Notes: a model not told the origin generated them from the letters alone. DNA of 64,000 bases from Candidatus Latescibacterota bacterium (GCA_965217585.1 OZ244561.1:2944001-3008000), one strand, 5' to 3'. Counted from the first letter of the stretch, positions 29,163 to 39,029 are shown. Numbers and translations are program-made.

Positions 29163-29400
29163 CCTCACCGACGAAGAGATTGAACAGGCGGCTCGGTCCG
29201 ATGCCGATACCTTGCTGTTAGAAGGGTGCGATATGGCGTCCCTGGAGGTCGTGATGCCTGAGAGGAAACAATCGATTTCTTTGCGTGTTGACTCGGATGT
29301 ATTGGCCTATTTCAAGTCCTTTGGTAAAGGCTACCAAACGCGGATGAACGCTGTATTGCGCACCTATATGCAAGCCCAACAACGCCAAAAAGAGGTCTGA
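29104..29400 (+). CDS. brnA: BrnA-family antitoxin
   Basis: KQSISLRVDSDVLAYFK..GKGYQTRMNAVLR; overlaps brnT. Confidence 0.92.
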   Translation: MSENSTGKMRDRTNLKRLDSLTDEEIEQAARSDADTLLLEGCDMASLEVVMPERKQSISLRVDSDVLAYFKSFGKGYQTRMNAVLRTYMQAQQRQKEV

Positions 29401-29409
29401 GAAGCGGTT

Positions 29410-29712
29410 TTACTCCCTCAGAGCAGGGGTAGTGGACAGCCGCCCGACCTTGATTTGGTCGGCCTGTTTCATCGCTTGGGCTAAGTCGTAGGCCGCCTGC
29501 AACCGGTACCACGTATTCGCTCCGCCGCCAAATGCCTTGTCAAGGCGGATAGCCATCTGCGGCGAGATTCCCGAACGACCATTCACGACATCGGATAGCT
29601 GTTTCCGGCTGACTCCAAGTTTTTTTGCCGCTTCCGTCACGCTAAGCCCCAATGGCTCTAGGCAATCGTGACGGATGGACAGTCCCGGATGAGGTGGGTT
29701 ATTCATTGGCAT
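29410..29712 (-). CDS. higA: HigA-family antitoxin, full-length second copy
   Basis: [10 protein letters not shown] start at 29712; near-identical to the copy at 27144-27401. Confidence 0.88.
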   Translation of the reverse strand: MPMNNPPHPGLSIRHDCLEPLGLSVTEAAKKLGVSRKQLSDVVNGRSGISPQMAIRLDKAFGGGANTWYRLQAAYDLAQAMKQADQIKVGRLSTTPALRE

Positions 29713-29726
29713 CTTATAGTCTTTCT

Positions 29727-29762
29727 TCAGTGGTAATCGATTAGGTCTACGTCGCTGGCATG
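29727..29762 (-). pseudogene. C-terminal remnant of a HigB toxin
   Basis: Reads [11 protein letters not shown] ending 14 bp upstream of higA; typical HigB C-terminus (..DVD..DYH). Confidence 0.65.
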
Positions 29763-29903
29763 CACGCTGCAAACGATTTCTAGGGAGCTTGCCCGACCTT
29801 TGCATGCGTTCTATTATACCCATGACTGCTACAGGTATTATACATCTCCCGTTGCGAAAACAGCGATACCACGACCCGTCGAATGTTGCGTTGAAAGAAA
29901 GTC

Positions 29904-32225
29904 ATGAAAGTCGCTATCACGCTTTCGGCCATTTGTCTGGCGCTGCCAGCCATGGCGCAGGACAAATCGTCGTATGACTTGGTTATCGGGAGCGCGAAAG
30001 CGTCCGGCCAAGCCAGTTTACCTGAGTATGTCAATGTTCGCAACGAACGAATCGAAGCATCCATGCTGTCAGGAGGCTACTTCACCCTAGGTACCGCCGC
30101 AGGCCTTTCGGCATCGACGCTGGATGACCAGTGTGCTATTACCTACGGCCATCCCTATGCCAAGACATCCCATTTGGTTTTTTCTGTCGATGGAAACTGG
30201 TACCGGCTGGAGGATTATTTTAGCAACGATGGTTTAACTCTGGAGCAGTCGGGAGACGCGCTACGAGTCCAGGCGCGGTCTGAGGGCGATGTAATGGTGA
30301 CCTTTACCGTGGCGCTCGGCGAAGGTCACGGTGCCCTACTCCAGGCCGAGATAGGCAATTTCGACGACGTACCTCACACCTTCAGGGTCGGCGTTGCCCT
30401 CGATCCGGCGCTAGGCCGTTGGGGGGACGGATACCTGACTCTCGGCAGTGAATCTCTGCGGCACGGAGCCCGTCTGCGGTCTCCCGATCTACCCGCGGTG
30501 TTGACTTTGTGGGAACGAGATCGCACCGCCAAGGGATTGGGGGTGGACTTTTCTTTTGCGGATCCGGCCCCGGACCTCGTCGTCGCTGGTAACTGGGCAA
30601 AGCTGCACGGAACGGACGCGCCGGAGGACCAACCTGCAACAGAAGAACGGCTTTACGACCTCGCTCTGAAGGTGTACTGGGGTGAAACGCAATTATCCCC
30701 GGGTGAAACCCGCCTGTACCGGATGGCGATGGATCTACGGCCACCGGATTTCAGCACACCCGTCTTTGTGCGCTGGGACCTGCCATCCTCTTTCGTCCTA
30801 ACCGACAACCTGATGTTTCCGCGCGATTTCAAAAGCTATCTGGAGATCGTCAACAACAGCGGACGGCAGGTCAACGCCACGGTCTCTCTCGACCTGCCGA
30901 CGGTGTTGAATGCGGTCCCCGCCGAGCACGCGCTCTCTCTGGACACACAACCGGCCTACCATCAGCTCGACATGCGTTCCAATCTGGTTTATGAGGATGG
31001 TATATTCGACGTTGGCGTTGAAGTCACGGAGGGGGGTGAGATTCTCGACCAATTGCGCCGCGCTTTCTTCCTGCCGGCGACGCCGGTAGCCGACATCGGC
31101 TTGGTCGTACGGGTGGATACCGTCGATTTGACCCACTACCCGGAAGTGGCGCTGACCTTCGAAGTCAGGGAAGAGGCGGAGGATCGCCTCATTACGCGGC
31201 TGGCGCCGGAAAATCTGTTCTTGTTCGAAAACGACCAGCGTCTGCGGGAGTTCTCCCTGAAGAAAGACCGCTCGTCCGGCGTCGATGCGGTGGACATCGT
31301 CTTTGTTCTAGACGTGACCGGTAGCATGGGAGATGAGATCGACGGAGTAAAGAATCACATTGTCGAATTCGCCGACAGCCTCAGCCATCGGGGGATCGAC
31401 TTCCGTCTGGGTATGGTGACGTTCCTGGACGTCATCGGGAACGTCTATCCATTCACCCGCGATGTTCAAGCGTTTCGCGCTCTGGTCGGCGAGCAGTTCG
31501 CCGACGGTGGCGGCGACGGACCAGAAAATTCCCTAGATGCGCTTATGGAAGCGACGCGATTCCTATTTCGGCCGGAGGCCAGTCGCGTGGTCGTATGGAT
31601 CACCGATGCCAATTACCACGAGAGGAATTCCGTGACTCCTCTCACCCGAAGCGAGGTGATCGACGCCCTTCTCGCCAACGAAATCACGGTACATTCCGTC
31701 GGCAACACTTCGTACCGTTCGGCCTTCTACGAGCCCTTCACTGTAGCGACCGGTGGCCGCGATTTTGACATATACGGCAACTTCCGGGACGTTCTGCTGG
31801 AAATTTCTCGCTTTGAAGTTTTCGGCAAGTTTGTCGTTACCTACCTCTCGCCGGCAGTGGACCGTGACGAAAACCGGATCGAACTGAAAATCCGGTACGC
31901 CGGACTGGGAGGTATGGCAGTACTGAGCTACTTGATTCCATCTTCAGGGAAAACGGGGAAACGGCTGAGTTTTTTCCCCAATCCGTTCAACTCGGAGATA
32001 AATTTCCTCGTCAATAACGGGGATTACGCCCGTGGTACACTCCACATCTACAACCTCCTAGGTCAGGAGGTAGCGCAGTACCGTCTGCGCGGCACAACTA
32101 CGCAAAGGATCGTCTGGAACGCCGGTGGCACTGTCGCAACAGGCCCGTACCTGGCGCGATTGTCACTCGTGGACTCCGATGGCGAAGTCCAGATCGAGAC
32201 GGCGCGGATCCTCTACCTCAAATAG
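29904..32225 (+). CDS. Secreted von Willebrand factor A protein with a C-terminal sorting-like domain
   Basis: Signal peptide; MIDAS DVTGS, GGDGPE and ITDA; FFPNPFN..IYNLLGQ tail. Confidence 0.85.
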   Translation: MKVAITLSAICLALPAMAQDKSSYDLVIGSAKASGQASLPEYVNVRNERIEASMLSGGYFTLGTAAGLSASTLDDQCAITYGHPYAKTSHLVFSVDGNWYRLEDYFSNDGLTLEQSGDALRVQARSEGDVMVTFTVALGEGHGALLQAEIGNFDDVPHTFRVGVALDPALGRWGDGYLTLGSESLRHGARLRSPDLPAVLTLWERDRTAKGLGVDFSFADPAPDLVVAGNWAKLHGTDAPEDQPATEERLYDLALKVYWGETQLSPGETRLYRMAMDLRPPDFSTPVFVRWDLPSSFVLTDNLMFPRDFKSYLEIVNNSGRQVNATVSLDLPTVLNAVPAEHALSLDTQPAYHQLDMRSNLVYEDGIFDVGVEVTEGGEILDQLRRAFFLPATPVADIGLVVRVDTVDLTHYPEVALTFEVREEAEDRLITRLAPENLFLFENDQRLREFSLKKDRSSGVDAVDIVFVLDVTGSMGDEIDGVKNHIVEFADSLSHRGIDFRLGMVTFLDVIGNVYPFTRDVQAFRALVGEQFADGGGDGPENSLDALMEATRFLFRPEASRVVVWITDANYHERNSVTPLTRSEVIDALLANEITVHSVGNTSYRSAFYEPFTVATGGRDFDIYGNFRDVLLEISRFEVFGKFVVTYLSPAVDRDENRIELKIRYAGLGGMAVLSYLIPSSGKTGKRLSFFPNPFNSEINFLVNNGDYARGTLHIYNLLGQEVAQYRLRGTTTQRIVWNAGGTVATGPYLARLSLVDSDGEVQIETARILYLK

Positions 32226-32236
32226 GCCAGTCGCCA

Positions 32237-34321
32237 ATGTTGAGACTCTTCGCGGTCATACCTGTCGTCCTTGCGGTTTCATTGGCCGGTGCCGATGGGT
32301 TGATGCTCCCTGCGGAGCCGGACTATCCGCATGACTTCCTGCGCAACCGAATGACGCATGTAGAAGTAGAAATGCACGGGGTTGTCGCCGTCACTTCGGT
32401 CTATCAGGAGTTCGTCAACGAGTGGCATAGGGAGACCGACGCGGTTTATTCCTTCCCACTGCCACCAGACGCAAGGGCTACGGAAGTTCTGTACTGGCGG
32501 GACGGCAAGGTGCTGGAGGCGGTACTCAGGGTGCGCGACCAAGCGGTGAACCCGGGAACCGGGGAAGGCGGGCCCGCTGCTCTTCTCAACCGCTATCTAG
32601 GTCGCAACGGGATTCGCATCAGGATCGACGGGATCGCGCCGCAAGAGATTCAGCGCGTGCAACTGACTTACATTGGGCTTTGCGACTACAAGCAAGGTGA
32701 ATGCCGTTATCGCTACCCATTGGATACGAGCGATTTTGTAAAACGTCCATTGGATCATTTGCAGTTCAACTTCATCGTGCGCTCGAATTCGAATATCGTG
32801 GATTTCGGTCTGCCCACGCATTCGGAGCACCGAACAGTTTACTCCGCGGCGAAGGAACTCGAAATCGAATTCTCCCGGCCGAAGAGTTACCTGAACCGCG
32901 ATCTCGAGTTCTTCTACACGGTAGAACAAAACGCTCTAGGGGTCGATTTCTACTCAGCAGCTAACGATACCTCAGACGGCCACTTCGCCCTTTTTTTGCG
33001 GCCCGAAAACCACCCCGGTGAAGGAAGGGTGCTGCCAAGACAGGTGCTCTTCCTCCTTGCCAATTCCACCCGCATGTTCGGTGCCAAATTGGACCAGAGC
33101 ATCCGGGCGATTTCGAGATCCCTCGAACAACTCGGCCCCGAAGACCGCTTCAACATCCTCCTGTTCAACAATCAGGTTTCGCTGTGGAAGCCGATCCCGG
33201 TCGCTGCCGACAGGGTCCACGTTGCCGCAGCGGTCGATTTTCTGATGACGGTAGAAACCGCCACAGGCTCTCGGCTTGACGACGGCTTGCAGGAGTGTCT
33301 TGCCCAGATCTCCAGCGATGATTTCAGCAACGCCATCCTCGTCTTCACCGACGGACGCTCCCCCCTCGATCCGCGGGAGATCGAGGCTTTGAACGAGCAT
33401 CGAGTCGGCATCTTTCCCATCGGCATCGGCACGGATCTGGACCGGGCGCGGTTGGAGATGACCGCGGCATTGAACTACGGATTTGTGACCTATCTCGACG
33501 AGGACTTCGGCCTTGAGGAGGCCATGGTGGGTGTTTTCGAGCGCATCAGCAACCCCATCATGAAAAATACAGTAATGGAGTACGGAAGAGCTGACTTGTT
33601 CGAGATCCTCCCTCGCAAAATTCCAGACACGTACTCGGGTTCGTATTTTTTCACCACCGGCCGGTACAGGATTCCGGGCCCGTCCAGTTTCAGCCTCGCA
33701 GGTTTTTCCGCCGCAGGTTTGGTGACCTTCGATTTCACGTTGGATTTCAGTGACAAAAGGGAATTTCCTTTCACCGAGCAGCTATGGGCCAAGGAGTTTA
33801 TCGATGCGCTTGAACGCGAAATCGAAGTGTACGGCGAGACGCAGGAGCTCAAAGACCAAGTGATCGAGCTGAGTCTCACGTACAATATTCGCAGCCGTTA
33901 TACAGCGTACGTAGCGGAGGCAGAGGAATACAGTAGCGGTGACGATAGTGTTACGGAGGCAGAGGAATACGATAGCGATGACGATGATCTTGCTTTTACT
34001 GCAATCTTCGAGGAGAAAGAGGATTCCCTTCCCACCTCCGCCATTCTCGGCAGTTACCCTAATCCGTTCAATACATGGACGAAAATTAGCCTGTTCGTCC
34101 ATGAACGGGACGCGCGCGTGATAAAACTTTTAAAAATTTACAATCTGTTGGGACAGCTCGTGGCAGTTGTAGATGTAAGCCACCTACCCGCGGGCATGCA
34201 CGAAATGTCGTTAGAAGTTGGGGGTATTTTGGAAGGAAATCTGGCCAGCGGACTGTACATCGTGCGCTTGCAAGTGCAAAATACCATCACCAGCGCGGTC
34301 CGGATTAATCTGGTCAGGTAA
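32237..34321 (+). CDS. Secreted VIT + vWA (inter-alpha-trypsin inhibitor-like) protein with a sorting-like tail
   Basis: VIT motif QEFVN..AVYSFPLP; vWA LGPEDRFNILLF and FTDG; LWA...SRYTAYVA; SYPNPFN tail. Confidence 0.85.
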   Translation: MLRLFAVIPVVLAVSLAGADGLMLPAEPDYPHDFLRNRMTHVEVEMHGVVAVTSVYQEFVNEWHRETDAVYSFPLPPDARATEVLYWRDGKVLEAVLRVRDQAVNPGTGEGGPAALLNRYLGRNGIRIRIDGIAPQEIQRVQLTYIGLCDYKQGECRYRYPLDTSDFVKRPLDHLQFNFIVRSNSNIVDFGLPTHSEHRTVYSAAKELEIEFSRPKSYLNRDLEFFYTVEQNALGVDFYSAANDTSDGHFALFLRPENHPGEGRVLPRQVLFLLANSTRMFGAKLDQSIRAISRSLEQLGPEDRFNILLFNNQVSLWKPIPVAADRVHVAAAVDFLMTVETATGSRLDDGLQECLAQISSDDFSNAILVFTDGRSPLDPREIEALNEHRVGIFPIGIGTDLDRARLEMTAALNYGFVTYLDEDFGLEEAMVGVFERISNPIMKNTVMEYGRADLFEILPRKIPDTYSGSYFFTTGRYRIPGPSSFSLAGFSAAGLVTFDFTLDFSDKREFPFTEQLWAKEFIDALEREIEVYGETQELKDQVIELSLTYNIRSRYTAYVAEAEEYSSGDDSVTEAEEYDSDDDDLAFTAIFEEKEDSLPTSAILGSYPNPFNTWTKISLFVHERDARVIKLLKIYNLLGQLVAVVDVSHLPAGMHEMSLEVGGILEGNLASGLYIVRLQVQNTITSAVRINLVR

Positions 34322-34337
34322 GACGGGAATTGTCTGC

Positions 34338-34379
34338 CTACGCCACCGTCGATAGCCGCTCGACCTTGATTTGGTAGGC
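34338..34379 (-). pseudogene. 3' remnant of a third higA copy
   Basis: Reads AYQIKVERLSTVA*; 34351-34379 matches 29435-29463 at 26/29 nt. Confidence 0.65.
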
Positions 34380-34382
34380 GCA

Positions 34383-35066
34383 GTGAAACTGATCGTTACC
34401 AACGACGACGGCATCGAAGCAGAGGGCCTGCAGACCCTGGTCCATCTGGCGTCGCGGTGGGGCGAGGTCGTCGTTGTCGCGCCGGCGGAGCCTCAGTCCG
34501 GTGTCGGACATCAGTTGACAACTGATAGGCCCATTCGCGTGGATAAACTGACGGAAGAACGCTACAGGATATGGGGCACGCCGGCCGACTGTTCCCGTCT
34601 GGCGCTCAACTGCCTAGCATCCGATGCTGACTGGGTGCTCTCCGGGATCAACCACGGCGGCAATCTCGGGGTGGATGTGTACGAATCCGGCACGGTAGCT
34701 GCCGCTAGGGAGGCTGCTATTCACGGTTGTAAGGCCATCGCCCTGTCCCACTATACCGTAAAAGGCCGGTCGATCGACTGGCCGCTGGCCACCGAACGGC
34801 TCCGGCCGGTTTTGGATAAGGTGCTGAACGAGACGCTGGAAGCCGGATGTTTTCTGAACGTGAACCTGCCCCATCCTGAGCACAACCGAATACGCTTGGA
34901 AACGAAACATGCCCCGGTGGACCCAAGCCCCCACAGAACCACATTCTCGCGAACCGGTGATGGATTTCTATACACCGGAATCTATCAAGAGCGCTGGCGA
35001 CAACCCGGCAGTGACGTGGACCACTGTTTCAAGGGGCACGTTTCGCTGTCGAAAATCGCTGTTTGA
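34383..35066 (+). CDS. surE: 5'/3'-nucleotidase SurE
   Basis: VTNDDG, QSGVG, GTPADC and SGINHGGNLG..SGTVAAAREA motifs; GTG start at 34383. Confidence 0.95.
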   Translation: MKLIVTNDDGIEAEGLQTLVHLASRWGEVVVVAPAEPQSGVGHQLTTDRPIRVDKLTEERYRIWGTPADCSRLALNCLASDADWVLSGINHGGNLGVDVYESGTVAAAREAAIHGCKAIALSHYTVKGRSIDWPLATERLRPVLDKVLNETLEAGCFLNVNLPHPEHNRIRLETKHAPVDPSPHRTTFSRTGDGFLYTGIYQERWRQPGSDVDHCFKGHVSLSKIAV

Positions 35067-35108
35067 ATAGGTTGCAATTTAATCGACGAAACACGGCGGA
35101 GCAGATCG

Positions 35109-36269
35109 ATGAAGATAGCTGACGTTAGAGCATTCCCGTTGCGGATTAGTGAACGCGCCGAGGAGGCGTCGCGATCGCCAACGATTGATGTCGGCGAATA
35201 CTATGTGAATCGTTCAGCGTCCACCACGATCTACTCGCACCATCACGAGACCACCGTTATCCGGGTTGAGACGGACAACGGGATCGTCGGGTGGGGTGAG
35301 GCGCAGTCGCCGGTGTCGCCGAACACTACTGCGACGGTAGTGCGCGAATTGGTGAGGCCGTTAGTGATGGGGTGCGATCCGTTCGACATTGAGGCGATTT
35401 GGACGCGCAACTATGGTGCAATGCGGGAGCGCGGACATTCGACGGGTTTCTACATCGACGCTATCGCAGGGACTGACATCGCGTTGTGGGATGTGGTAGG
35501 AAAGGCTATCGGGAAGCCGGTGCACAAGATCGCGGGTGGGCGGTATCGAGAGGAGATACCGCTCTACGCAGGGATTGGGGGCACAGACCCGGTGAAGGTT
35601 GCGGATGCGGCTGAGGAGCATGTGGGCTATGGGTACAAGGCGTTGAAGCTGCACTTGTTGTTGGATGTGGAGGGCGTTGCGGAGATTTGCCGCGCAGTGC
35701 GGCAGCGCGTCGGGCCGGGCATCATGCTGATGGTCGATACACACATGCGGCAGACAGTTGCGAGCTCGATCCTGCTGGGTCGCGAACTGGAAAAGCTAAG
35801 TTTCACTTGGCTGGAGGCACCAATAATGCCGGAGGATATCCCGGGTCAGGCTGAGATAACCCGGGCGTTGGATATGGCGGTGGCGGTAGGGGAGTGGACG
35901 CGCACTCGCTACGAGATGCGCGAGCAATTCGAGCGCCGAGCGTATGACATCTTGATGCACGACATCGCGCGGACGGGGATTACCGAGGGGCATCGGATTG
36001 CGACGCTGGCCGACACCTACAACATTCCGGTCGCGCCGCATGTCGGAGGGGGTGGGATCCTGGCGGTTGCTGCGACAGTCGAGTGGTCGGCGTCGTGTCC
36101 GAACTTCATGATCATGGAGCACAGCCATCACGCCAACGCGGTCAAGAGCCGGATCCTCAAGGAGCCGTACGAACCTGAAAACGGCTACTACAAGGTTACG
36201 GATCGGCCGGGTTTGGGTGTTGAGGTGGATGAGGCGGCGTTGGAGACGTACGCGTTTCCGGAGAGTTGA
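35109..36269 (+). CDS. Mandelate racemase/muconate lactonizing enzyme family (enolase superfamily)
   Basis: ETDNGIVGWGE, DIALWD..GK, LMVD, WLEAP, VGE and PGLGVEVD motifs. Confidence 0.92.
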   Translation: MKIADVRAFPLRISERAEEASRSPTIDVGEYYVNRSASTTIYSHHHETTVIRVETDNGIVGWGEAQSPVSPNTTATVVRELVRPLVMGCDPFDIEAIWTRNYGAMRERGHSTGFYIDAIAGTDIALWDVVGKAIGKPVHKIAGGRYREEIPLYAGIGGTDPVKVADAAEEHVGYGYKALKLHLLLDVEGVAEICRAVRQRVGPGIMLMVDTHMRQTVASSILLGRELEKLSFTWLEAPIMPEDIPGQAEITRALDMAVAVGEWTRTRYEMREQFERRAYDILMHDIARTGITEGHRIATLADTYNIPVAPHVGGGGILAVAATVEWSASCPNFMIMEHSHHANAVKSRILKEPYEPENGYYKVTDRPGLGVEVDEAALETYAFPES

Positions 36270-36314
36270 GAAACCCTACATTGACTGGTTGTTGCAAGCA
36301 GGAGGGTATATTCA

Positions 36315-37121
36315 ATGTTAGCCGATTTGGAAGTTGGTCAGTTTTGGACATTCGGGTTCGTCGTCTTGAGGAGTTGCCTGAGCGAGAATGAGGTAGATCG
36401 CCTTCAGGAAGCACACAATCGCGTCATTGCAGACGCACCGGAGTACAACTATTTCGCTGAGAACGGCACCCAGAAGCTCAGCCCCTTCGTTCAGGCGGAC
36501 GATGCCTTCGCGGAGTTAATCGAGCATCCCTGCGCGATGGAAGCCATGCGCGATATCTGGGGGAAGGAGTGCCTGTACATCGCTGGTAGCGATATGTGGG
36601 CGAATCGAGACGATACCCCTTGGCACACCGACGGTCATCCGGGGCGACAGACGGTCACGCTCAAGACCGCTATCTACCTCGATGAGCAGGACAAAGGCTT
36701 TGGAGCACTGAACCTGATTCCCGGCAGCCACCATCCGGAATTCTCTGCGGCGCTATTCCGCTCTTGTGGGTACTGGGACCGGGGGAGGCCCCGGCTACAC
36801 CTCAATCCCGATGCAATTCCAGGGACGGTTTCCCTCCAAACGCGACCTGGAGACGTTGTGTTGTGGGACAATCGCCTGTGGCACTCGGCCTTCAGACGCC
36901 AAGACGGTCGTCCGCGGCGGACGATGTTCATTGGCTATATGCCGGACCCCCAAGATGACCTGCTTGCGGTCAAAGACCTCCAAATGATGGTTGAAACGGC
37001 TTTGCGCGAGAAGCAGTCGTTCGTTTACAGCAAGGAGATGATGGAAAAGGGCGGTGCGGGGCGCGAGAAGATGGCGGCGCGGCTGGAGGAGTTGGGTGTA
37101 GAGCGGGTGAGAGAGCCATGA
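36315..37121 (+). CDS. PhyH-family dioxygenase (canonical HxD)
   Basis: WHTD, GALNLIPGSH and GDVVLWDNRLWH motifs. Confidence 0.9.
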   Translation: MLADLEVGQFWTFGFVVLRSCLSENEVDRLQEAHNRVIADAPEYNYFAENGTQKLSPFVQADDAFAELIEHPCAMEAMRDIWGKECLYIAGSDMWANRDDTPWHTDGHPGRQTVTLKTAIYLDEQDKGFGALNLIPGSHHPEFSAALFRSCGYWDRGRPRLHLNPDAIPGTVSLQTRPGDVVLWDNRLWHSAFRRQDGRPRRTMFIGYMPDPQDDLLAVKDLQMMVETALREKQSFVYSKEMMEKGGAGREKMAARLEELGVERVREP

Positions 37122-37238
37122 ATTTGATTCCGCCGGAAATCTCAGTGCTGAAATCCGGCGGAATCGATGGGGTCCTATGTATTCCTGCTGTCAGAAACTC
37201 GCCTTCGGACATCGGTGCAGGATATATGCTGTCCGGTT

Positions 37239-38936
37239 TCACTCATCGCGGAGGCATCCGTTTATCTTGTGATTTGGATCGTCGGGCAAACCGGCGTGGT
37301 CGATATTCGCGTCGACACCACTGGAAACCGCCGTGATGGTGGACCCCTTGTAATGGACAACCTGATTTGGCTCAACCGATATTCCTGTTCTATCCCGATC
37401 GTTCCTGGAAACACAGTACTCAAAGACCAGCCTTTCCGTGCCTGATCCGGACTTGTAGTCGGCTATTTCCCATAATGGATTCGAGTCAATTTCGAAAACC
37501 AGAAACGGTGCGCCTGTTACCGCTACAGGCATGTCGAAGATCACTGCTACCTTTATGATCTCACCACGGCCATAGGTGGTACCACTCTCGGGAGTGGAAA
37601 TTATCCGGATTCTCTCAATTACAGGTATTGGTTCTTGCTCGGCTCGTATCGTCGATGACCACGCTCCGCTACCTTCGCTATTGTTGGCCCGCACCTGAAT
37701 TTCGTAGGCATCTTCCGTCAAATCCTCTAGCGTGACGGTCGTCGCTGTCAGATCGGTGTCTGTTACTTCGGTCCAGGCCGCTGCTCCGGCCGCTCGGTAG
37801 CGATAGTCGTAATCGGTGACCTCGAAGCCTGCTGGGAATTCCACCAAGCTCCCGTTTTCGCTGAAGCCTTCAGACGCGGTCCAGTTCACGTCAATCTTGG
37901 TGTCGTCGGTGTCCTGAAATCCGGCTGCTATATCTTCCGGTGGCACCGGAGATCCTACGTCCTTGACTCGGATGGTCACGTCGAGCACCGAGCCACTGCA
38001 CCCTGTTGGAGTTCCTTCATTGTTTAGGAGATGGATGTCGTGCGTGTTTACGACGCGTATCTGGTACTCGTTGTCCGCGTTGCTGTCGCCAGGCGTTTCA
38101 TAGTCCGGCGCGGTCTTGAAGGCCAGCGACACGGTTCCCGCTGTCGCCCTCTCTTCCGAATCGAGGGAAAACAGGGCATTGTCATCGCCGCCGTCGGGTA
38201 GCATGTATTCATTGAAGATAGTAACGATTTCACAGCGGATAGAGGGCGGCGACCAGGCGAATCCCCACTCCCGATGCGCGGCTGTGACCGCCGTCCAAGT
38301 GGGCAACCCGCTCTCGGGAATCGTTGCCCCTTCGTACATCTCGATGGGAGTCGGGATCTCCCAGCGTTGGTCTCCTATGTATTCGGCTGGGGCTGAGAAC
38401 TGGGCCGAGCCGTCGTACACTGGGTGCACATTGAATTGCATGGGATCGCTTTCATCGGTTCCATCACTTGCGTAGATTGCAGACGGCAGAGTGGGGATGG
38501 TGGCGACTTCCCCGTAAACTGAGGTGAATTGGGCGGGGGTTATATCGCCGTTTCCCTGAAATACGAAGTTGTTGCCTTCCCGCGTGATCTTGAACAGAGC
38601 TTCCGCAGGGGTCTGAATGCCCGAAAGACCGGGCACTGCGAACGCGAACCGATAAGAGATGGCGTCGCCGTCCGGGTCCGTCGCTGGCTCCCCTCCGAAC
38701 TCTAGCCGAGCTACGGGACCCCTCGGAAGCAAGAGGGTCAACTCTTGTCCTGCTGTGGAACTATTGAAACTTGGGGGATGGTTGGCTCCGTGGTCCTTGG
38801 TTGCCACCGCTTTGCCAGCGGGAAACAATTGGTTCTGTTGAGCCGGTTGGGTCGCTTGGGTCGGCTTGGAGTCGTTGCCACAGGCGACTACAAAAAGCGC
38901 CAGCATAAGGCTTAGGTATAAAGATAGCCGTTTCAT
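37239..38936 (-). CDS. Lipoprotein with cadherin-like and fibronectin type III domains
   Basis: Start MKRLSLYL at 38936 with lipobox VVAC. ATDPDGD and PDYETPGDSNADNEY (cadherin-like); YEIQVRANNSEGSGAWS (Fn3); YKSGSGTERLVFEY. Confidence 0.82.
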   Translation of the reverse strand: MKRLSLYLSLMLALFVVACGNDSKPTQATQPAQQNQLFPAGKAVATKDHGANHPPSFNSSTAGQELTLLLPRGPVARLEFGGEPATDPDGDAISYRFAFAVPGLSGIQTPAEALFKITREGNNFVFQGNGDITPAQFTSVYGEVATIPTLPSAIYASDGTDESDPMQFNVHPVYDGSAQFSAPAEYIGDQRWEIPTPIEMYEGATIPESGLPTWTAVTAAHREWGFAWSPPSIRCEIVTIFNEYMLPDGGDDNALFSLDSEERATAGTVSLAFKTAPDYETPGDSNADNEYQIRVVNTHDIHLLNNEGTPTGCSGSVLDVTIRVKDVGSPVPPEDIAAGFQDTDDTKIDVNWTASEGFSENGSLVEFPAGFEVTDYDYRYRAAGAAAWTEVTDTDLTATTVTLEDLTEDAYEIQVRANNSEGSGAWSSTIRAEQEPIPVIERIRIISTPESGTTYGRGEIIKVAVIFDMPVAVTGAPFLVFEIDSNPLWEIADYKSGSGTERLVFEYCVSRNDRDRTGISVEPNQVVHYKGSTITAVSSGVDANIDHAGLPDDPNHKINGCLRDE

Positions 38937-39029
38937 AATCGTAGCTCCGTGGTTACGAGGTAAGGGAAAGGAAAAGGATGGAATTGCCGCTATCGTCGGG
39001 GAAGCGCGGGACCGGAGGTCGGAGGCGAC

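Noticed and set aside
24420-34380. Integron or prophage explanation for the island
   Set aside because: No tyrosine or serine recombinase, attC-like sites or phage structural genes were seen in the window.
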